Shown: piece by piece, positions 56,900-64,000 of the stretch
How the letters are laid out: every line of letters begins with the position of its first letter
How positions within the stretch are numbered: the first letter of the stretch is position 1
Assembly: GCA_013265495.1 (NCBI GenBank)
Contig: MU058252.1
Span: 1,584,244 to 1,648,243, forward strand
Length of the DNA stretch: 64,000 nt
Direction: 5' to 3'
Source of the DNA: Vicugna vicugna
Lineage: Eukaryota
The notes under the pieces: generated by a model
What the model was told of the DNA's origin: nothing
Database searches by the model: none
Seen by the model: the letters and a program-made list of their open reading frames with translations, nothing else
Translations under genes and position numbers: made by a program

Positions 56900-57860
56900 G
56901 ATAGGGATGCGAGCGGCTGAGAGGGGCCGTCACTGGGTACCCGGTCCTCCGCTCTCTCTCCCGCCTTCGCTCTCGGACTCCTTTGGTTTCCAGGGAGAGG
57001 AGCGCGGCCTGTGAGGGTGCGGGATTCTCCACGCCCTTGGTCAGCGCCCTTCCTTGGAAGCAGGTTTCCAGGCTGCCTGCCCCAGAGGCGGACACCAGAG
57101 GGCGCCCCAGCACCGCCGACCGCTCCGGCCCCCGGCCCCCTGGCGGTCCCGGCTCCAGGCTGACCGCGGAGCGTGCAGAACACCCTGTGACTGCAAGGTC
57201 CCGAGCTCCTTACCGATCCTCAGGGTCAGTTCTGAGCTGAAATCCAAAGGAACGGAGGACAAATGACATGCGCTAACCTTTCCTGGTTATTTAAAAACCT
57301 TAGCATAGCATGGAATGGAAATGAACCAAGTGTATCTGAATTTGGGTGACAGAGCAAACTGTTTTGCCATTTTACCTGCAGGGAGGATGTGCCCGAAAAA
57401 CCCTCTCAGCTCTTTGCAAACAAGAACCCAGAGCCAAGTGCCAAGCCTGGGTCCAAGGGCACCTCGCTGCTGGCCCTTTCCCCAGCAGCCTCTTTGTGCG
57501 GAACTTGCCTGCACCCAGGAGGGCTGAAATGGCACCGAACCCTCGTGCTTGGGGTCCAGGAGCCTCCCTCTCTCAGAGCCCCAGTTTCCCTCTCTCTGTC
57601 TCCCCTCTCCAGCCGCCCACGGTGTCTCCCTCCCCAGTTCCTTCTCCATCCGCCCCGTGAGTCTGAGGCCCTCCTCGCGCTGCGCTGTGTGAGCCCACCC
57701 TTCGCTCGCTGCGCCCCGGCCCCCCGCCCCCCCGCGGCGCTGAAGGACTCGGGCCGCGGTGTCGGCTCCCCTGACCGCCCGGGCGCCCAGCGCGGTGCAG
57801 GGCGCGGTGCGAGGTGGAGGGAAATGTCAGGCACGGTCTCCGCCCCGGAGATTTTGTGAT
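56900..57860. promoter_or_regulatory. Intergenic CpG-rich region with two CTCF-like motifs and a GC box
   Basis: CpG-dense at 56930-57210 and 57650-57850; CACCAGAGGGCGCC 57093-57106 (+); CCGCCAGGGGGCC on - strand at 57134-57146; CCCCGCCCC near 57722. Confidence 0.55.
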
Positions 57861-59587
57861 CGTGTCAGGGAAACTATGGACGTTAGTAGGTAATCAGGGT
57901 TGACTCTGATCTATCTACAAACGCCGTGGGATTTCAGAGAAGTGAGAGTGAAAAGATGGCATTTGGCTGGGCTTTGACTGTCAGGTGAGCAATTTTGGAG
58001 GGGAGCCCTGGTGGGGTGCTGCGCCTGGCATTCTCCTCAGCTGGAGAGGTTAGAGGGGACGTGATGATGTAGTGGAACCACCTTCTTTCGTTAAGGTGCT
58101 TTTATCCAACAGGAGAGCTGAGAACGCACCACCACCTTCATCTCAGAGAACAGCCCCGCACAACGGTGCACAGCCACGTGTCACATGGGAGCAGAGGCGG
58201 GGGACGCTCCACGGAGACCCTGCTCCCAGGCCACGTGGCCAGCACGGGGGCAGGAAACAAAGTGTGGGTGGAAGAGCGGATGATCTGTCCACGCGGGGAC
58301 CAGCTGGTCACCCTGCAAGCACCCTCAGGGTCCCTCCTGCACCCTCCGCAGGGCCCTGACGGCAAGGAATAGGACTGCGATCCTTCCTGTGTTTTTCACT
58401 TCACCTTCCTGGAGGTCTAAGATTCACCAGCAGATTTCACCGATGTTCTTTCATGAGAGCAGATAATCCGTATCAGGTTTGAAATGTGAAAACCAGAAAA
58501 TTTCTTGGGCTATGTTCTTTGGACTTCTATGCCATACTCACATCTTAGGCACAGAGCTGTGGCTTTTGCAGTATGTGTGGCACTGCCTGCTTGACACCCT
58601 TGGGTGTCACGGGCTTGTCCTCGGCGATCTGGTGGGAAGGCAGGCTCCCACTGGCAGCTGGAGGCCCCGCTCGCTTCTCTGCCAGTTCAAATGCCTCCAG
58701 GCCTCTAAGATACACTGGGAGGCCGTCTTTTCTGCATGGATCTCCCCCTTCCTGAATGTCACCAGCCCTCGTGGTGCATTACTCCCACCTTATCCTGTGG
58801 GAGAGCTGTCCCTGCATCCACCGGTCACAGCTGTGCCCATGGTCACTGGGTGCACCATATTTGGGGCAGCCTCTGCTCTCTGGACCAGATCGTACTTTGG
58901 CATCTTTTAATCACAATGAGAAAGAAAATGTTAAGACCCAAGATGTAGAGACTGGCCCACGTGGGTGGAAGGCCCTATATGCTCTTCCAGGGCAGTGCTC
59001 AGAGTTTCCAATGTGTTCTGCTTCTCGGCCCTGCCCCCAGGTGGGGACCTAGAGGTGTCTGAGCAGCACTCTGCCCCAGGAATGCACACACAACGCAGAG
59101 CCTGGCCCGCTTTGCACCAGCACCAAACAGGGCTTCTCTCCATCTCTGTCTGATTTTAAGCAATCAGAGACTTGAGGAGAAAACAAGGCCAGCTTCTCTT
59201 TGCCTGATTTGGAACACAAAGGGAACATTCCTCCCTAATCTATTGCTTTTCTCAGGGCAGAAACTGTCCATGTTGGAGAAATCCAATTACAGGTCTCTTT
59301 TCTCTCTGATCTGTGCATATCCGAAAGAACCAGCAGGCAGCGCTTCCCACCCGAGGGGCGGTAGCTCAGAGGTAAGCAGGTGAGGGCCGTGGGGGCCCGT
59401 CTTGCAGGAGAAGGCGGGCGCCCGGGACCTTGCTTGGGACCCGCGGTTGGCGCTGCTGGCCCCCCGCCCTGGAGGGAGGACGGAGGGCTCCATAGAAGTT
59501 GTGGAAGGTTGCTTCTGTCCCTTTCGGGGGTTTTCCAAGTAGCTACCATTATATGGTTTGTTTCATCCTCAAATTTTATTGAGGACC

Positions 59588-59987
59588 TATTATCAGTCCC
59601 CTGGGCCCACCATAAAAACTGCCACAGATGGAGTGGTTTGACTGACACAGATCTGTCGTCTCTTGGTTCTGGAGGCTGGAAGTCCCAGATCCAAGTGCCG
59701 GCTGGGTTTGGTCCTCCTGAGGCCTCGCTCCCCAGCTTGCTGATGTGTGTCTTCATCTTCGCTTCAGTGCACGTCTGCGTGTCTTGTATGCGTGTCTGTC
59801 TCTGCGTTCAAATGACCCCCTTTGATGAGGACCCCAGCCGTGTTGGATTAGGGTTCCCCTAATGACCTCATTTTAACTTGATTTGCTCTCTAAAGACCTT
59901 ATTTCCAAACCAGATCTCATGGTGGGGTCCTGGGGATCAGGGTTCTGACACATGCATTTTGGGGAAGACACTGTTCGATTCACAGCA
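59588..59987 (-). mobile_element. MaLR LTR (MLT1A/B-like)
   Basis: ggttctggaggctggaagtcccagatccaagtg...ttggattaggg...aatgacctcattttaactt...aagaccttatttccaaa. Confidence 0.85.
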
Positions 59988-62359
59988 GCTGTCAGGGCTG
60001 AAGTCCTGTCCCCTCTTCCTCACGTGTAGGGGTGTCTTGGTTTATTTTTACATCTGTGTCTAAGTCCACATAATTGGCACCAGTGAAGCAGCTCCTGGGG
60101 GCCACACAAGTGTTGCGTGGAGCTTGCTTAGTGTGACAGGTCAGTACCCAGAACCACGAGCTTGGGAGGAGAATCGGGCGCGGAGTGTGGGCCTGCACTG
60201 CCCTCTGTCCACAGATGTGCCCGCACCCCCGGGGCCCCCCTCGTCAGGACCTCCCTCCCGGAACCTTAATTCTCTCGGGAGCTGGAGGCCCGGTGCTCCA
60301 TGGCGCTGCTCCAAGCCCTTAAGCCCGACCCAGGCGCTCTTTTGTGTCCTTTCCTAAATACAAAGAACCTTCTCTGCCAAGCCTGGAGTCAGTGATGTCC
60401 TTCCTAGTGGCAAAAAGTAAAACCTGTCTGATGTCTGTGATGCTAACAGTGTTGTGCCTTCCCCTCCTTGTCCCTCAGGGAGCCCTGCGGGGCTGGGCCA
60501 CCGCCCCCCAGCCAGGACCCCGAGGAGTGGGCGACTTCCTTCACGGGAGGGAGTGTGGGAGTGGGCCTCAGGGGGAGTGCAGTTATGTGGCTTCAGGAGT
60601 ATGTTTGCAAACTTCATGTTTTCCTTTTGGAAACCGTCTGCCCGTGTAATCCGAACTATTTTTAAAAATTAAAGCTTGTCCAAACCTTCTAGTTTGGAGC
60701 TGCAGACGGTGTTTTGGTTTCAAGCTGTATTTCAGGATGATTTACGTAGCGCTGGGTCTGTGCGAACCAGCCAGGCTGTGGGAGAGGCCCAGCCTCATGC
60801 GGGAGCTGAATCAGCCGCGTTTCCCCATCCCCCGCCCCAGCCCCATTCATCACGGGGACTCTGGGGACACCTTGCACCCTCAGAGATGCTCACAGGGTCT
60901 GAGTTTCTGACGAGACCGTGCGTTTACTTGACTGGCCCCCAAACAAGGTGACTCCCTGGTAGGGTTAGACGATTCTAGAGTTTTCTACTGGGGTCTCAGA
61001 AGAGACTCTGAAAGCAGACAGCTGACCCGGGCAGAGGCTCTCATCAGACTGTCCCTTCTCTCTCACCCTGTCGGGAACAAGATGAAGGGTGACCGTATGT
61101 CTGGCTGCGGTCGCCTGGTTAAAGCACTAGTTTCATCAGGTGACACTTCCCGGCTGCTACTCAGATGGTGGCTTCAGAGACCCACCCCCTAAAGCCACCA
61201 GAAAGGATGGTTCCCTCTGCCTCTCTCCTGGTTTGTTATTTTATTTATGTCCCTAAGAAGGGGCACTAGGTTCCCTGAGTCTCAGTCACACTGTTCGCAT
61301 CCAGTCTTGGGGAGAGAGGGGGACAGATGTGTGGTGGAGGAAGTGGAGGTGATGGGGGAGCTGGGAAGGGGGGGCGATCCATCTGGACTTGGAAGAGGGG
61401 GGTGGGATGGAGAAGGCATCAGAACCCCTGGTGGCGTCGGGGTGGGCAGGGCTGGAGAGTGGGGTGGGGCCGGGAGGGGAGGACAGGTGCTCAGGGAAGG
61501 TGGGTGCCAAACTGATCAGGGCGGTGGGGACCGGGCCAGCAGAGACAGCCATGCCACCCTCTGAGGGGGTGAAATGGCCTTGGGGAATTGTGGGCAGGTG
61601 TGGGGAAGCAGATGGAAGGATGGGGTTGAGGGGCTTGTGCTGAAGAAAGGGAGAACTTTCTCGAGCTCCTGGACCCACACTGCCCGGGGCCCTGGGCTCA
61701 GGGCTGCACGCTGGTCGGTGCGTCTCCCACACTTGGGACCTGCCTCCAATGCTTTTGTACTCCGGGAGGTCATGTTCAAAACAGTTCCTGGATACCCTCA
61801 CTTCTGGGGAGCAGTCAGCCCAAATGTGAGTTTCTCGACTGCTCTGAGTGATGTAAAATGTTGAGGGGCCCACGCTGGTGCCCTTAGCAACCTGACGCTC
61901 CCCCAGCCCTGGCCCAGCACTGCCCCTGCCCCTCCATCGCCTTCTTCAAAACCTACCTGTCGCCTGTTCCCCCGAGGACGTCGCTAGGTGGGTAGTTAGC
62001 CGTCTGACAGAAGCAGCTCTGACCTTCGGAGGCTGGTGCTGCGCCAGACCAGACAGCGTCAGCCGACCGCGAGAGGGCTTGGCTTCTCTCCCCCTCAGTT
62101 GCCCTGCACCACGCGGGCTCACCCCGGCTGCCCCGACACGGCGTCCCGCGCGGCTGCAGCCGTCGCTGTGACCCTGACCCGACAGAGACGCAGACACAGC
62201 TGCTTCCTGCTGCATGTGACAGGCGTGCTCCTGGAAACCTGCACACTGAGCGATTTCCCCGTGAAGAGTCACGCAGAAGCCGCGGTCCTGGATGAATCCC
62301 CCTACCTCCTTCTCCTCCCATCCACGTAGCGCTTCCCACCATTTTAGGTAATCATAATG

Positions 62360-62503
62360 TTTTAAAAAATTTTAGTACAGTCAGTTACAATGTGTCAATA
62401 TCTTGTAATAACCTTTAATGAAAAAGAATATGAAAACAAATATATGTATATATATGCACGACTGGGACACTGTGCTGTACACCAGAAACTGACACATGGT
62501 AAC
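62360..62503. mobile_element. Short L1 3' end with internal inversion
   Basis: Antisense terminus agtacagtcagttacaatgtgtcaat joined to sense aatatcttgtaataacctttaatgaaaaagaatatg...gtacaccagaaactgacacatggtaac. Confidence 0.75.
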
Positions 62504-62519
62504 AGTAACTTAATTAAGT

Positions 62520-62765
62520 GACAATGAAAATCTATAACATGTGGTTTGGCTAAGAGGTAGAGTTCTCGTGTGGAGCTGAGGGTCGCATTCCAGCTTTTTC
62601 CTTTTTCTGGTCAAGAGATCTTTGGAAAGTTTTTTCATCTCCTCTGTGCCTCCCTTTCTCACCCATCAAGAGGAGGTAATAATAGTCGCCAATTTGTAAA
62701 GTTGTTTGAGAATTAAACGAGTGGACATGTTGAACAGTTGTAAATACCTGGTCTCTTAGTTACTG
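62520..62765 (+). mobile_element. MIR SINE
   Basis: ctctgtgcctccctttctcacccatc...gtaataatagt...gttgtttgagaattaaacgag. Confidence 0.65.
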
Positions 62766-63458
62766 ATATATTCCCCACAAAATGAAGGGGATCAAGGAAT
62801 CTGCTGTCCTGCGGGCCAGTCCACACGCACGGACTCCAGAGGATCCCAAAGCTGAAATGAGAACTGCCCAGTGAGTGTAGGACTGTGTTACCCTCCGATC
62901 AAGACAGCGCTCCCAGGGGCTTGTTTGCAAGGTGCACTCCTTCGTGAAGGGTGAGATTCCCTCTTGCTTCCCAAGATGAATGCTCCGACTTCCATCTGAA
63001 CTTCCCTTGTGTAGCTGACAAGAAGGAAGACCCAGACCTGAAGCTGAGATGTTTTGTAAGTTAGCAAGAGAATTTATTCAGTTTCCAAAGAGGCAGTTTT
63101 ACTTGTAAGAGATCGGTTAGGTCAAAATTACTGGGTTAATTATAGCAAGTTGGTAAGTGACTTGGATTTTCTGTGGGAAACGTCGTTGATAACTCTAAGA
63201 GGAGAGGCCTGGTTTTCTGTAAAATCAGATTCTAACGAAGAGCGAGGCTGCGTGTCACTGTGAATGCAGTGATACTGATCAGATATAGAGCCTGTTAAAT
63301 TTGACCTTAAAGGAAACGTCGTCCCCTTGGCAGGGAGTGCATTTCGTTCTGCTGCAACGCACGTTGCTGTAACAGGAGTGAGCCACGTGCAAGCGGCACT
63401 CGGGAGAGCGTTTTCCGTGTAATGAAGGCAGAAATCACGTTTTTATAAGTGATTTTCC

Positions 63459-63764
63459 TTAGCATGGAAAAGAAGAGCAAAGGAAACTCAAATTAAGCAG
63501 AAGAAAGAGAACAATAAAGTTAAGAATGCAATCAATGAACCAAACAGCAGATAAACAATAGAGAAAATCAGTGACACCAAATTGGTTCTCGCAGATCAAC
63601 CAAACTGATAAATGTCTAGCAAGACTGATTGGGAAATAAAGAGATAAGGCCCAGATTACCAGGGTCGGGAATGAGAGAGAAATACCCCACACAATAGGGT
63701 AAGAGGATATTGTGAACAATTTATGCCCAAAGTTACACAACTTAGATAAAATGGGTACATTTCT
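63459..63764 (+). mobile_element. Old L1 ORF2 fragment
   Basis: A-rich; aacaatagagaaaatca...tggttc...ctgataaa...ctagcaagactgat...tgaacaatttatgcc...caacttagataaaatgg. Confidence 0.8.
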
Positions 63765-63943
63765 TTTTTTGTGTGTGTTTGTTTTTTGGGGGTTTTTTAG
63801 GGAAGAGGAGGTAATTAGGTTTGTTTAAGTATATACTTATGTATTTATTTATTTATTTTAGTAGAGGTACTGAGGATTGAACCCAGGACCTCGTGCATGC
63901 TAAGCACACGCTCTACCACTGAGCTCTACCCTACCCGACCCCA
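63765..63943 (-). mobile_element. Vic-1-type tRNA-Ala SINE inserted in L1; another antisense L1 3' end follows and runs off the window
   Basis: gaggtactgaggattgaacccaggacctcgtgcatgctaagcacacgctctaccactgagct; TSD gggta(c/a)atttct at 63753-63764 and 63944-63955. Confidence 0.88.
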
Positions 63944-64000
63944 GGGTAAATTTCTTTTTTTTTTCAATTTGATTTTATTGAGTTGTAGTCAGTTTACAAT

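Noticed and set aside
61305..61640. G-rich purine tract as a functional G4 element
   Set aside because: Looks like GC-enriched old repeat or low-complexity DNA; nothing specific supports function.

Overview
Mammalian genomic DNA, very probably a camelid (camel/alpaca/llama), judged from six copies of a tRNA-Ala-derived SINE matching the camelid Vic-1 family. Bases 500-31544 hold coding exons 3-12 of ACTR3B (Arp3B, Arp2/3 complex subunit) on the + strand. All splice sites are GT-AG, the reading frame is intact and the paralog-diagnostic Met293 is present; exons 1-2 lie upstream of the window. The 3'UTR runs to about 32.0-32.3 kb. The remaining ~32 kb has no recognisable protein-coding gene and is made of L1, MIR, L2, MaLR/ERVL/ERV1 LTRs, hAT DNA transposons, minisatellites and CpG-rich patches. 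I found no convincing new multi-gene system. Best leads: (1) a TSD-flanked, poly(A)-tailed LTR+L1M composite that looks like a retroposed non-coding transcript; (2) a MER53 hairpin containing an exact miR-1302 mature sequence; (3) AT-to-GC-biased amino-acid changes in Arp3B with a steep exon-to-exon GC3 gradient; (4) a fossil hAT transposase in intron 4; (5) a cryptic exon too close to exon 11 to be co-included. Repeat subfamily names and comparisons with human sequence come from recall and need checking by search.
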